Assembly: GCA_001899255.1 (NCBI GenBank)
Contig: MKVX01000023.1
Coordinates: 217,660 to 281,659 of the forward strand
Length of the DNA: 64,000 nucleotides
Reading direction: 5' to 3'
From: Rhizobiales bacterium 62-47
Lineage (GTDB): Bacteria > Pseudomonadota > Alphaproteobacteria > Rhizobiales > Xanthobacteraceae
Below, one piece after another: positions 48,459 to 60,111 of the stretch (the stretch's first letter is position 1; each line of letters starts with the position of its first letter). Under the pieces are notes generated by a model, which was not told where the DNA came from, made no database searches, and saw only the letters and a program-made list of their open reading frames with translations. Position numbers and translations under genes: made by a program.

Positions 48459-48785
48459 TCAGACAGTACGGAAAATGATCACTGCCAGCACGAGCGAAAT
48501 CCCTGTTGCGAGCCACAGGCTCGCGATCTCCATGCCTTCACCGATCGGCAAGGTCACAAGCGGCGACGTCCCGATGAAACCGATCCACAAGAGGTGCACG
48601 ACGGCGGCGACGATCAGCGATATGAAAAGTCGGTCGCCACGGGTGGTTGGGATGCGCAGCACGCCTACCCGCTCCGCTTCCGGATAGGCGGCCGCAAGCC
48701 ACGTCATGGTTGCCAGCGTGACAACCAACAGCACGAAGAAAATCGCAGTGGGAACGGTCCAGGCCATCCATGCAAAATTGCTCAT
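48459..48785 (-). CDS. small integral membrane protein (DUF2160-like) of the glycerol ABC operon
   Basis: 108 aa with three hydrophobic spans (MSNFAWMAWTVPTAIFFVLLVVTLATMTW..). It starts 11 nt after the upstream permease stop. Confidence 0.7.
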   Translation of the reverse strand: MSNFAWMAWTVPTAIFFVLLVVTLATMTWLAAAYPEAERVGVLRIPTTRGDRLFISLIVAAVVHLLWIGFIGTSPLVTLPIGEGMEIASLWLATGISLVLAVIIFRTV

Positions 48786-48796
48786 GATCGCCCTCC

Positions 48797-49602
48797 CTAA
48801 ACCCGACCGAGTGCGAAGCCGCGCGCGATATAGTTGCGAACGAACCAGATCACCAACGCACCAGGGATGATGGTCAGCACGCCGGCCGCTGCCAGCAGCC
48901 CCCAGTCCATTCCTGCGGCTGAAACGGTTCGCGTCATCACCGCCGAAATCGGCTTGGCTTCGACCGAAGTCAGCGTTCGTGCCAGCAGAAGTTCGACCCA
49001 GGAGAACATGAAACAGAAGAACGCCGCGACACCGATGCCGCTGGCAATCAGCGGAACGAGAATCTTGATGAAGAACCTCGGGAACGAATAGCCATCGAGG
49101 AAAGCGGTCTCATCGATCTCGCGCGGCACGCTGGAAACGAATCCCTCAAGAATCCAGACCGCTAGCGGCACATTGAACAGGCAATGCGCCAGAGCGACCG
49201 CCCACGGCGTATCGAACAGATTGATCGCAGAATAGAGATTGAAGAACGGCAACGCATAGACTGCCGGCGGCGCCATACGGTTCGACAGCAACCAGAAGAA
49301 CAAATGCTTGTCACCGAGAAAACGGTAGCGCGAGAATGCATAAGCCGCCGGCAAAGCGAACGAGATCGACAAGATGGTGTTGATGATGACGTATTTCAGC
49401 GAGTTGATATAGCCGGAGTACCAGCTCTCGTCGGTGAAGATGCGCATATAGTTGGCGATCGTCGGCTGATGCGGCCACAGCGTCATCGTCGTGACGATTT
49501 CGGTGTTGGTCTTGAAGCTCATATTGACGAGCCAATAGATCGGCAGCAGCAGGAAAACGAGAAATGCCGAAAGAATGATGCGGCGGCCAGGGATCGAATG
49601 CA

Positions 49603-49603
<1 letters not shown>
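48797..49603 (-). CDS. glpQ: carbohydrate ABC transporter permease
   Basis: 268 aa from ATG 49603 (MHSIPGRRIILSAF..). EAA-loop region REIDETAFLDGYSFPRFF. The start overlaps the upstream stop as ATGA. The 580-aa ORF-track version is an out-of-gene extension over the neighbour. Confidence 0.85.
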
Positions 49604-50504
<901 letters not shown>

Positions 50505-50505
<1 letters not shown>

Positions 50506-51590
50506 TACGGTTTGCCCTCAACAAGACGACTGTCGGCATAGATGTGGACGCGCGCTGGATCGAAGATCAGCCCGACATGCTCGCCGCAGGGCGAGAATCC
50601 ATGCGGCACACGCGCGGCGAACTTGACGGCGCCGATCTGAAGGCGCGCAAAACGTGCGCGGCCCAGATCGTCGATGCGCTCGATACGCGCCGACAGCAGG
50701 TCCGGTGCAGGCTTGGCGACATTGACGAACTCGGGACGCACACCGACCTCAATGCGCGCACCGGCCGGGAGGTCATCGTAGCTGCGATCCAAACGGATCG
50801 TATGACCTTCGATGCGGGCTTCACGGCCCTTCACCTCGGCCGGCACGATGTTCATGCCGGGCGAACCGATGAAATAGCCGACGAAAGTATGCGCCGGACG
50901 CTCGAACAGTTCTTCCGGCGTTCCGCTCTGGACGACGCGACCATCGTGCATCACCACGACCGTATCGGCGAAAGTCAGCGCCTCGGTTTGATCGTGGGTG
51001 ACGTAAATCATCGTGAGGTCGAGCGCGCGATGCAACGCCTTGAGCTTCGACCGTAGCTCCCATTTGAGGTGCGGATCGATCACGGTCAAAGGCTCGTCGA
51101 ATAGAACGGCGGCGACGTCGGATCGCACCAACCCTCGCCCAAGCGAAATTTTTTGCTTTGCATCCGCCGTCAGGCGGGTCGCCTTGCGATCGAGATAAGG
51201 CAGGAGATCGAGCAGCTTGGCGATTTCCGTGACACGCGCATTGATTTCGTTGCGCGGCACCCCGCGATTCTTGAGCGGGAACGCGAGATTTTCTCTCACC
51301 GTCATGGTGTCGTAGATCACCGGGAACTGGAACACCTGAGCGATGTTACGCTCACGCGTTGACAGCTTCGCCACGTCCGTACCATCAAACAGGATCTTGC
51401 CGCGCGAAGGCGTCACGATGCCCGATATCAGATTGAGCAGTGTCGTCTTGCCGCAACCGGACGGCCCGAGCAACGCGTAGGCGCCGCCTTGCCGCCACGT
51501 CATGGAGACCGGCTTCAGCGCAAAGGATTCCGGCGGCGCGTCGTTCCCGCCGTAAGAGTGTGCCAGATCGACCAGATCGATGCGAGCCAT
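50505..51590 (-). CDS. glpT: ABC transporter ATP-binding protein (MalK/UgpC-like)
   Basis: ATG at 51590 (MARIDLVDLAHSY..). Walker A GPSGCGKTT, a degenerate signature KISLGRG, Walker B AVLFDEP and a C-terminal regulatory domain. Confidence 0.88.
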
Positions 51591-51601
51591 GACGCCTGCC
51601 C

Positions 51602-52681
51602 TCACATCGATTTCGGCGCCGCGACCATTCGATCGCTGGCATCGAAGACAAAGAGATCATCGGGATCGAGCGAGACCTCCAGCGGCTGCCCTGGCAGGAA
51701 TTCGTGAACGCCTTCGAGCACTGCAACCCAGTTCGCACCGTCGCGCTTAAAGTGTACGAAGCTTTCCGAACCGGTGATTTCCGTCACCGCCACCTCGACG
51801 GGAAAGGTGTGATGGCTGACCTTTCCATTTCCAACGGTGACTTGGTGTGCCCGGAAGCCGACGCGATATGGACCATCCGCCAACGTCGCGTAGAGGCCGC
51901 TCGCCGGCGCCTGCGTCCCCCCTGCATAGCGAATAAGACCGTCGCTCTTTTCGATGTCGACGACATTGAGCGGCGGATCGGAAAATACTTGCGCTACGCG
52001 TAATGTATTCGGCTGGTGATAGACCCGCGACGTCTGGCCGATCTGCAGCGCCTGTCCCTGCCACATGCAAATGGTGTCGCCGCCAAGCAGCAAAGCTTCC
52101 GATGGCTCGGTCGTTGCATAGACGAAGATCGCGCCGGAAGCCTCGAAAATCCGCGGCAACTCGATACGCAACTCCTCGCGCAGCTTGTAGTCGAGGTTCG
52201 CCAGCGGTTCGTCGAGCAGCACCAAATCCGCGCCCTTCACCAGCGCCCGCGCGATCGCGGTGCGCTGTTGTTGGCCGCCGGACAATTGCAGCGGCGTACG
52301 CTTGAGATACGGCTCGAGCTTGAGAAGCTTCGCTGCTTCCTGCACGCGGCTTTCGATCTCGTCGCGCGGCTTGCCCTGCACACGCAGCGGCGAAGCTATA
52401 TTCTCGTAGACCGTCAGCGACGGATAATTGATGAATTGCTGATACACCATCGCCACCGAGCGGCGCCGAACGTCGATGCCGGTGACATCCTTGCCGTCGA
52501 CCAGAATGCGTCCCTGTGTCGGCTTATCGAGTCCGGCCAACAGCCGCATGACAGTGGTTTTCCCTGCCAGCGTCGGGCCAAGCAGCACCGTCAGCGTTCC
52601 GCGCGCAAGCGTCAGCGAGACATCGCGTATGCTGGGGACACCATCGACGCTACAGGAGACGTTCTCGAGCGCCACCGTCAT
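51602..52681 (-). CDS. glpS: ABC transporter ATP-binding protein (MalK/UgpC-like)
   Basis: ATG at 52681 overlaps the glpD stop as ATGA. Walker A-like GPTLAGKTT, signature LSGGQQQR and Walker B LVLLDEP. Confidence 0.88.
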   Translation of the reverse strand: MTVALENVSCSVDGVPSIRDVSLTLARGTLTVLLGPTLAGKTTVMRLLAGLDKPTQGRILVDGKDVTGIDVRRRSVAMVYQQFINYPSLTVYENIASPLRVQGKPRDEIESRVQEAAKLLKLEPYLKRTPLQLSGGQQQRTAIARALVKGADLVLLDEPLANLDYKLREELRIELPRIFEASGAIFVYATTEPSEALLLGGDTICMWQGQALQIGQTSRVYHQPNTLRVAQVFSDPPLNVVDIEKSDGLIRYAGGTQAPASGLYATLADGPYRVGFRAHQVTVGNGKVSHHTFPVEVAVTEITGSESFVHFKRDGANWVAVLEGVHEFLPGQPLEVSLDPDDLFVFDASDRMVAAPKSM

Positions 52682-54219
52682 GCCCGCTTCTCCGCCTGAC
52701 GATTGCACGGTCCGGATTGGCTGCGATAGTCGGCAATCCAATCCTCCAGCGCGTCGACCTCGGCCTGCGACATCCGCAAGCCGAGCTTGGAGCGGCGCCA
52801 GACAATATCTTCCGCCGTGCAAGCCCACTCATGAGCGATGAGATATTTGACTTCGCTCTCCGTCAGCGTAGCACCGAATGATCGTCCGAGATCGTGGATC
52901 GATGTCGCATGCCCCAGAACCTTGGCCGCACGTGTTCCGTAAGCATGCGCGAGACGGCTAGCGTGGTTGGGGGACAGGAACGGAAAATCGCGCAGCAGTT
53001 CGGCGGTCAAGGCCGGGAGCGCCGACACGTCAAGATCGCCGCCCGGCAAGGGCGCCGTCGCCGTCCATCCCTCACCTTGTTTGGTGCCCGGAAGATAGGA
53101 CGACAGGCGTTCAAGCGCTTCCTCGGCCAACCGCCGGTATGTCGTGATCTTGCCGCCGTAGATCGACAGCAGCGGCGAGCCGCCCGGCAAGTCGAGTTCG
53201 AAGACGTACTCCCGCGTTGCCGCCTTGGCCTCGCTGGCGCCGTCATCGTAGAGCGGGCGAACCCCGGCATAGCTCCAGACGATATCCTGCGGCGTTACCG
53301 GCTTCGCCAGATAGGCGCTGACGGATTCGCAGAGATAGGAGATTTCCTCGGCGGTCGCCTTCACCTTGGCCGGATCGCCTTCGTAATCGCGATCGGTCGT
53401 GCCGATCAGCGTGAAGTCATCCTGATAGGGAATCGCGAAGACGATGCGACCATCGCTGTTCTGGAAAATGTAGGCGCGGTCGTGATCGTAAAGTTTCGGT
53501 ACGACGATGTGCGAACCCTGCACCAGTCGCACTTTCGCCTTTGCTTCGACGCCGGCTCGGCTCGACAGCACGTTTTCGACCCACGGCCCGGCGGCGTTGA
53601 CCAGCACCTTGGCGCTGACCACGTCCTGCTCCCCAGTCAGAACATTCCGTGTCGTCACATGCCAGAGGCCATCGGCGTGGCGGATTTGGATCGCACACGT
53701 GCGCGTCCGGATCACGGCGCCACGGTCGGCCGCGTCGCGCGCCGTCAATACGACAAGCCGGGCATCGTCCACCGAGCAATCGGAATATTCGAATCCCCGC
53801 TTGAAGCGGCCCGGCGCCAGCGGCTTGCCGACCTCCGCGCGGGTCAGATCCAGCGAGCGTGTCGGCGGCAGCAATTTGCGTCCGCCGATATGGTCATAGA
53901 GAAACAGTCCGAGGCGAAGCAGCCAGGCCGGGCGAAGCCCATTGTGGTGCGGCAAAACGAAACGCAACGGCCGAATGATGTGCGGCGCGATCTGCCACAG
54001 AAGCTCACGCTCGATCAGCGCCTCCCTGACCAGCCGAAACTCATAGTACTCCAGATAGCGCAACCCGCCGTGGATCAGCTTCGTCGACCAGGACGACGTC
54101 CCGTTCGCCAAATCATTCATTTCGCAAAGGAAAACAGAATTGCCCCGTCCGGCTGCATCGCGCGCGATGCCGCAGCCGTTGATGCCGCCACCAATGATCA
54201 AGAGATCAAAGATCTCCAC
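52678..54219 (-). CDS. glpD: FAD-dependent glycerol-3-phosphate dehydrogenase
   Basis: 513 aa. GTG start after GGGGGAG. Contains DLLIIGGGINGCGIARDAAGRG, GTSSWSTKLIHGGLRYLE and the C-terminal GlpD helical domain. Confidence 0.92.
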   Translation of the reverse strand: MEIFDLLIIGGGINGCGIARDAAGRGNSVFLCEMNDLANGTSSWSTKLIHGGLRYLEYYEFRLVREALIERELLWQIAPHIIRPLRFVLPHHNGLRPAWLLRLGLFLYDHIGGRKLLPPTRSLDLTRAEVGKPLAPGRFKRGFEYSDCSVDDARLVVLTARDAADRGAVIRTRTCAIQIRHADGLWHVTTRNVLTGEQDVVSAKVLVNAAGPWVENVLSSRAGVEAKAKVRLVQGSHIVVPKLYDHDRAYIFQNSDGRIVFAIPYQDDFTLIGTTDRDYEGDPAKVKATAEEISYLCESVSAYLAKPVTPQDIVWSYAGVRPLYDDGASEAKAATREYVFELDLPGGSPLLSIYGGKITTYRRLAEEALERLSSYLPGTKQGEGWTATAPLPGGDLDVSALPALTAELLRDFPFLSPNHASRLAHAYGTRAAKVLGHATSIHDLGRSFGATLTESEVKYLIAHEWACTAEDIVWRRSKLGLRMSQAEVDALEDWIADYRSQSGPCNRQAEKRA

Positions 54220-54270
54220 GGCGCTCCCCCGCCCAGGCCGTGAGGCTCAAGCGCCTCCGAACCTGACATT

Positions 54271-54345
54271 GATCGCCATTTCGATTTTGGCGATTTATGT
54301 TTCAAAAAGCATTAAATCACAATCAAAAACGAAAGCAAGCGCTAC
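54271..54345. promoter_or_regulatory. AT-rich putative promoter/operator region upstream of glpD
   Basis: gatcgccatttcgattttggcgatttatgtttcaaaaagcattaaatcacaatcaaaaacgaaagc is an AT-rich island 50-125 nt upstream of the glpD start, with a repeated CGATTT unit. No regulator gene is adjacent. Confidence 0.3.
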
Positions 54346-54760
54346 GCGAAAGAAAGCCCACAGCTTTGACTGGCGGGGATTGGCCGCGTCGTGGGTAACC
54401 GTCTGGAGGTCATTAAGATCGCGCGGTGCAGTCCGGTCGGGACGACGCCTGACACAGGAGATGATTGCCGATCTCGCGTCGGCGCCTTGGGCCGTCGCGA
54501 TCCGGACGCGATCAAACGGCGTCTCGATCGTCATCGCGCGCAGCAATGCGCGTTGGAGCGATGGCGAGAGCAGCCTGCGTCAATTCTGAAAAAGCGCACG
54601 GCCGTCCCACGGAGCCGGTAGTGGCAGAAAGCGGATAGGCCGCTCCGCCGGCGTCATTGTGATGCCCGCAGTGAAGCCTATATTCACGAACGACGGCATT
54701 CGCAGAGGGCAGCCCGTGAATTGCGCCGGGCTTTGCACCGCAGGATCATTGGAGATTTCG

Positions 54761-55045
54761 ATGCGCGGACTCACACCTGTTGCTGCAGTGGCAATGATTG
54801 GAGCAATCGCAGCCGCATCCCCAGCGACAGCACAAACTTACGATCCGGACTATCCGGTTTGCCTGCATGTGTTCGGCGGCTTTACCGGCGGGGGTGAATA
54901 TTACGAGTGCCGCTATACGTCGATGACCCAGTGCAGAGCATCGGCCGCAGGACGGGCGGCAATGTGCGACATCAATCCGTATTTTGCACCTGCCGGCAAA
55001 AATACGAGGCGCCAAAAGCCCGGACCGGGTTATCCTCGGCCATAG
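54761..55045 (+). CDS. DUF3551-like small secreted Cys-rich protein
   Basis: ATG at 54761 after GGAG with 7-nt spacing. Signal peptide MRGLTPVAAVAMIGAIAAASPATA. Mature QTYDPDYPVCLHVFGG..YYECRYTSMTQCRASAAGRAAMCDINPYF matches the pattern I recall for this family. Confidence 0.65.
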   Translation: MRGLTPVAAVAMIGAIAAASPATAQTYDPDYPVCLHVFGGFTGGGEYYECRYTSMTQCRASAAGRAAMCDINPYFAPAGKNTRRQKPGPGYPRP

Positions 55046-55176
55046 AACGAGGCTGCGCCTCAGCCGGCGAGCGCATTTGCAATCCGACTATACACCCGTG
55101 ACGATTTGGAGACCGCCCTCCCGCCGGCTTGTCATAGCCGGCGACGCTGGTTTGGGTCCCTAACAGCCGCCCGCAA

Positions 55177-57297
55177 TCAGGCAGCGCGTACGGTTTCGAG
55201 GAAGCGATCGACCTCCAGCTTGAGGCGATTGCTTTCACCGGAGAGCGACTGCGCTGACGACAGCACCTGAGACGAGGCCGAACTCGTTTCGTAGGCGCCC
55301 TTGTTGACCTCAACGATATTGGCGGCGACCTGCCGAGTCGATTGCGCTGCATTCTGGACGTTGTGGACGATCTCTTGCGTCGCACCACCCTGCTGCTCGA
55401 CGGAGACCGCGATCGTCGACGCGATCTCGGAAATCCGACCGATCGTCGCGCCAATCTGTTTGATCGCGGTTACGGAGTCCTGTGTTGCCAACTGCATGCT
55501 CGCAATCTGGGCGCTGATCTCGCTGGTCGCCTTGCTGGTCTGTGTCGCGAGTGATTTGACCTCCTGCGCGACCACGGCAAAGCCCCTGCCGGATTCACCG
55601 GCACGTGCCGCCTCGATTGTCGCATTCAACGCCAGCAAGTTGGTCTGCTCCGCGATCGTCGTGATGAGATTGATGACGTCGCCGATCCGCGTCGCCGCCT
55701 TCGACAGTTCGTTGATGCGCGCATCGGTAACTTCCGCCTGCTGCACGGCCTCGGTCGCGATGCGTGTAGATTCCTGCACCTGACGATTGATCTCCGCAAT
55801 TGAAGCCGTCATCTCCTCGGCCGCAATCGCAACCGAGCTGACGTTGCTGGAGGCACTACCGGAGGCCTTTTCCACCAAGCCCGAGAGCTGCTGGGTTTCC
55901 GACGCCGTATCGGTGAGCGTCTTGGCAGACGCCTCGAGTTCGGTCGACGCTGAAGACACAGTCTCAACGATCTCACCAATTGCGGCCTGGAACTCATCGG
56001 CCAGCCGCCACATATCCGAGCGGCGCTGATCGGCGGCCCGCTTTTCCGATTCGCTGCGCTCGGCGCGCAAGCGATTGGATTCTGCCATATTGTCCTTGAA
56101 GACTTGCAGGGCTGAGGCCATCGCACCGATTTCGTCAGAGCCGCCGGTCGCAACCTGTGTCGACAGGTCGCCCGCCGCGAGCGCCTTCATGCTCACCTGC
56201 AATCCGACGAGGCGACGCACCACCGCGCGGCCGACGTAAAGCCAGCCGATCAGCAACGCTGCCAGCAGGCTGCCAACGGCGAGACCGATCAGGACCACGC
56301 GGCCGCTGCTGATTTGGGTCTCCGAAGCATGCACCGTCGCCGCTGCAGCCGCCTCACTCCGCTGACCAAGTTGTCTCACTCCGATTTCGAGTTGGGAGGT
56401 CAGTTCGCGGTTCTGCGCTACGACATCGCTGCCTTGCTTGGTCGCGGCAATTTCCTTTTGCTTGAGATCGAAGATATTGTCGGAAGCGCGTCCGACAGCG
56501 ACGAGTTGCTCGACCAGCCTGGTCGTCTCGGCGTCCTGCAGAGTGGCTGCCGCTTTGCCGAGCCGCCGCGCCGTTGCATTGAAGCGATCGCGCACCGGCG
56601 GCAACAGATCGGCAGATGCGAGATCTGCGGCTTCGACCAGAATGCCAAGGATGAGATTCGATTCGGCGCGAAGCGCAAGCACCGCCTGCAGCGCGCCTAG
56701 TTCGTTGTCCGCAAGCCCCAGCAATGTCTTGCGAACGAGGGCAAGGTCTTGCTTGTCTGCCGCGGTTTCCAGCGCCATGGCCAGCGTGAAGCCGACATCG
56801 TCGGCGATCGGGATCAATTTCTCGGCGAGCTTCTGGTGTGTCTTGCGCAATTCGTTGATCCGCGCCGTGCGAGCGGTGGCAATCGACTGACGTTCGGCCA
56901 CGGATTGCTCCAGGCGAGTCAGGTTATCGAGGATCGGCTGGACGATCTTGCCCAGTGCCGCCGCATCATCCTTGCCGAGCGCGCCGACGGCGCGCGTCAA
57001 TTCACCGCGGGAGATCGTGAGAGCTTTTGCCGCCTGTTCGCGCTCGCTATTGCTGGCAGCGGCGAGCAGACTCGGGGCCGCGGCGCCGACGTCGCCGGCT
57101 GCCTTGATGACGTGCGACGACCGGGTAATCTCCGGTAAGCTGGTGTCGGCGATGACACCGAGCGAACTTTGAAGACTGTTGTAAGACACAATCGAATTGA
57201 TGCTGGCAATAACGGTTAGCGCCGCCACCAGCCCGAACGCCATGAACAGGCGTCCCCGCAGACCAACCTGTAACCTCGGCGTTGTTGCGGCCCCCAT
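55177..57297 (-). CDS. methyl-accepting chemotaxis protein
   Basis: ATG at 57297 after GGGGGAAG. Two membrane spans flank a helical sensor domain of about 300 aa, followed by a HAMP domain and the signalling hairpin [37 protein letters not shown]. Confidence 0.9.
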   Translation of the reverse strand: MGAATTPRLQVGLRGRLFMAFGLVAALTVIASINSIVSYNSLQSSLGVIADTSLPEITRSSHVIKAAGDVGAAAPSLLAAASNSEREQAAKALTISRGELTRAVGALGKDDAAALGKIVQPILDNLTRLEQSVAERQSIATARTARINELRKTHQKLAEKLIPIADDVGFTLAMALETAADKQDLALVRKTLLGLADNELGALQAVLALRAESNLILGILVEAADLASADLLPPVRDRFNATARRLGKAAATLQDAETTRLVEQLVAVGRASDNIFDLKQKEIAATKQGSDVVAQNRELTSQLEIGVRQLGQRSEAAAAATVHASETQISSGRVVLIGLAVGSLLAALLIGWLYVGRAVVRRLVGLQVSMKALAAGDLSTQVATGGSDEIGAMASALQVFKDNMAESNRLRAERSESEKRAADQRRSDMWRLADEFQAAIGEIVETVSSASTELEASAKTLTDTASETQQLSGLVEKASGSASSNVSSVAIAAEEMTASIAEINRQVQESTRIATEAVQQAEVTDARINELSKAATRIGDVINLITTIAEQTNLLALNATIEAARAGESGRGFAVVAQEVKSLATQTSKATSEISAQIASMQLATQDSVTAIKQIGATIGRISEIASTIAVSVEQQGGATQEIVHNVQNAAQSTRQVAANIVEVNKGAYETSSASSQVLSSAQSLSGESNRLKLEVDRFLETVRAA

Positions 57298-57389
57298 CGT
57301 CTTCCCCCAATCGCTCTCTGAATTATGAATTGTCGTCGTCACTGCAGAACGACGGCCAGAACCCGGCCCGAAGCGCCATCCGCGCAACA

Positions 57390-58568
57390 TTAGATGCCCG
57401 TCTTCTGCAAGCGTTCGACCGCCTTGAAGCGGCCGTCTGCCTGGATCACGGTGAGAAACACCTGATCCGAGCCTCGATTGCTGGTGGCACTGAACGATAG
57501 CTTCAGGCCGCCGAGATCGAGCGGGCTTGCTTTCTGGACGGCCTCGATCAAGCCCTTGCGCGTCGGCTCACCATCGATCTTTTCGAGTCCGGCGATCAAC
57601 GTCCGGCCGACGAGGTAGCCTTCAAGCGAGACAAATCCCGGTCGCTCTTTCGGTGCCACTTCTTTCAGCGACGCCTGATAGCGCGCGACCACGGGAATTT
57701 TTGCATCGAGCGGGAACGGCACCACTTGCGTGACGACAACGCCCGCGCCAGCCGAACCCAATTCCCTCGCCAGCGCATCGGAGCCCACGAAGGAGATATT
57801 GACGAAGGTCGGATCGAACTTGATCTCGCGCGCCAGCTTGATGAACTCCGCGGCAGGCTTATAGGAGCTGATCATTACAACAGCTTCCGGCTTGGCCTTT
57901 CGTACCGCAAGCAACGCGCTCTTGATCGCTGTGGTGTTGCGTTCGTATGTCCCCTCGCCGGCGAGCTTCAGGTTGCGCTTGTCCAGCGCCCGCTGCAATC
58001 CAGCAAGGCCAGCCTGACCGTAAGCGTCGTCCTGATACATGATGGCGATGCGGGAGTAACCGAGATCCTTGGTGAGATGCTCGACCATCGCCTCGGTCTC
58101 TTGATAGTAGCTGGCGCGAACGTTCATCACCAACGGCTTGTACGGTTCGCGCAAGAATTCGACACCGGTGAACGCACCGATCATCGGCGCGCCAGCATTG
58201 GTCGCAATCGGTTGGATCGCCGCCGCGGTCGGCGTGCCGACAGTGCCGATGATGGAAAAGATCTTGTCCTCGGTGAGCAGCTTCTTCACCACATCAATCG
58301 AGCGTGTCGGCTCATAGCCATCGTCGATGCTTTTGAGTTCGAGCTTGCGTCCCTTGACACCGCCTGTCTTGTTGACTTCGGCAAACGCCGCTTCAAGGCC
58401 GACCTTCATGCCGAGCCCCAACTCCGCAGCAGGGCCGGTCAATGCCGCGGCCTGACCGAGCACGATCTTGTCGGACGAGACACCATCCTCGGCACGAGCG
58501 GCCGAGGTGGACAGTTCGAAGAATGCAACAAGAGCTAACGTGAGGACTTTGAAGGAAATCGCGCGCAT
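57390..58568 (-). CDS. ABC transporter substrate-binding protein, branched-chain amino acid (LivJ/K) family
   Basis: ATG at 58568 ([26 protein letters not shown]). Type I periplasmic binding fold ([35 protein letters not shown]). Confidence 0.85.
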   Translation of the reverse strand: MRAISFKVLTLALVAFFELSTSAARAEDGVSSDKIVLGQAAALTGPAAELGLGMKVGLEAAFAEVNKTGGVKGRKLELKSIDDGYEPTRSIDVVKKLLTEDKIFSIIGTVGTPTAAAIQPIATNAGAPMIGAFTGVEFLREPYKPLVMNVRASYYQETEAMVEHLTKDLGYSRIAIMYQDDAYGQAGLAGLQRALDKRNLKLAGEGTYERNTTAIKSALLAVRKAKPEAVVMISSYKPAAEFIKLAREIKFDPTFVNISFVGSDALARELGSAGAGVVVTQVVPFPLDAKIPVVARYQASLKEVAPKERPGFVSLEGYLVGRTLIAGLEKIDGEPTRKGLIEAVQKASPLDLGGLKLSFSATSNRGSDQVFLTVIQADGRFKAVERLQKTGI

Positions 58569-59250
58569 GCAAGAGACCCATGTATCGTCGTTATGATGCT
58601 GCGCGTTGGGAAGTTGACACGACCGGACCGGCTGGAATCCGCTGCAGCGACTCATTCCAAGCAATAGGGTTAGGTAAAAACCTGTATTTTGAATGAATGA
58701 GACCATTCGCAGCACGATGGAATGCGCGAAGTCGTTGTGCGCCTGCGGTTTCTTGAACTCCTACACTCGGTCGTGAGGACGCCGCCTCGATTTCGAATCA
58801 AAAATAGAGATTGAATGTATCTGGTTATCAGATTTATCAGCCGCCATTGCACTGCACACATCGGACTACGATCAGGCGCCCACGGCCGTGGAGGACTCCG
58901 GAGGCGATGCCGACTGAAAGCAGGGTCGCCAGGCTCGGCACTGTTGAGAAGACCCTCGCGTCCGTTGGATTTCCAGCTAAAACTGCACCGCAAACAAGCG
59001 TTCGGAGAGGCATGCGGCGCTGTGTCCACCGTTGGCGGGTCAGTACGCCGGCCGATCTTTTCGAAACGAAACCGGCCTATTTGACGAGCATCTCGCGAAC
59101 AAGATGACTCGCGGCTATGAGCCCGCTGAACTACATGCGTGGACCGGACCCAAAAACGCGGGCACGACAGGCGCAAGCCGCGGAAACCCAACGCGACTGA
59201 CGACTGCCGCCGGCTTTGCTCTCGGGCGGCCTCTATCGAAAACGCTTCGC

Positions 59251-60111
59251 TTAGGCGTCCGGTGTCATTGTCAACGACGGTCTGGCGTCGTTTGATCGTC
59301 GCGCATCGATGAACGCGCGAAGATAGCGCTGAGGCTCGCCGGACGCATACGCTTGGGCGAACAGCGGGATCGTTCCCGAGATCGTCTCATCGAGACTTTC
59401 GCCTTCCCAGCGCCGCAACAGCCATTTCTGTTCGCGGATACTGTTCGGGCCGCACGCAAGAATGGCATCGACTGTGCGATCGATTGTCTGATCGAGTTGC
59501 TCCATCGCGACGACGCGGGTAGCAAGCCCGCATCGTAGCGCATCCTCGGTCCCGATCTGCTCACCCGTCAGCAGTAGCCACTTCGCTTCCACCCATCCGG
59601 CAAGCCGCGGCAGCAACGCAGCGTGGATGATAGATGCCATGCCGACCCGCACCTCTGGCATTCCAAAGCGCGTTCCCTCTGCCACCAGACGGATATCGCA
59701 AGATGCAGCCAATTGCAGACCGCCGCCGAGACAATAGCCGCACAATCGCGCAATGACCGGGACCGGGCAGTTTCGCACGGCCTCACACAGGCCATAGAGC
59801 CGCGTTATGAAAGCCGTCGCGCCGGGTCCATCGAGCCCGACCATCTCGTGAACGTCCGCACCCGCAACAAATGCCTCGTCACCCTCGCCACGGAGGATGA
59901 GGACGCGCAGCAGCGGATCGGCGCTGACACGCGTAATGGCGTGGCGTACGTCCTCCATCACCGCCGAGGACAGGACGTTAAGCGGCCCGGCGTTGCGGAT
60001 CGTCAAGATCGCAACTCCGCTGTCCTGCCAAGTGACGGTGGCGTGGTGGAGTTCGGGCACGTCAGCGATCTTGTTCAACGCGAGGTTTCCTTCGTCATCT
60101 GAATTGCTCAT
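59251..60111 (-). CDS. enoyl-CoA hydratase/isomerase (crotonase) family protein
   Basis: ATG at 60111 (MSNSDDEGN..) overlaps the upstream ligase end by 17 nt. Contains FVAGADVHEM and CLGGGLQLAASCD. Confidence 0.8.
   Translation of the reverse strand: MSNSDDEGNLALNKIADVPELHHATVTWQDSGVAILTIRNAGPLNVLSSAVMEDVRHAITRVSADPLLRVLILRGEGDEAFVAGADVHEMVGLDGPGATAFITRLYGLCEAVRNCPVPVIARLCGYCLGGGLQLAASCDIRLVAEGTRFGMPEVRVGMASIIHAALLPRLAGWVEAKWLLLTGEQIGTEDALRCGLATRVVAMEQLDQTIDRTVDAILACGPNSIREQKWLLRRWEGESLDETISGTIPLFAQAYASGEPQRYLRAFIDARRSNDARPSLTMTPDA

Noticed and set aside
52894-54243. 449-aa plus-strand ORF opposite glpD
   Set aside because: Antisense shadow ORF with Arg-rich low complexity.
58860-58925. Resemblance of GGACTCCGGAGG..GAAAGCAGGGTC to the SRP (4.5S) RNA core
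   Set aside because: The conserved GGUCCGGAAGGAAGCAGCC-type core is not actually present. The match is limited to a few bases.
58811-59107. Small ORFs in the 680-bp spacer, including a 66-codon frame starting at ATG 58907 just after GGAGG
   Set aside because: The SD spacing is only 2 nt, third-position GC is about 59 percent by hand count (well below the real genes here), and the translation is Arg/Ser/Thr-rich.
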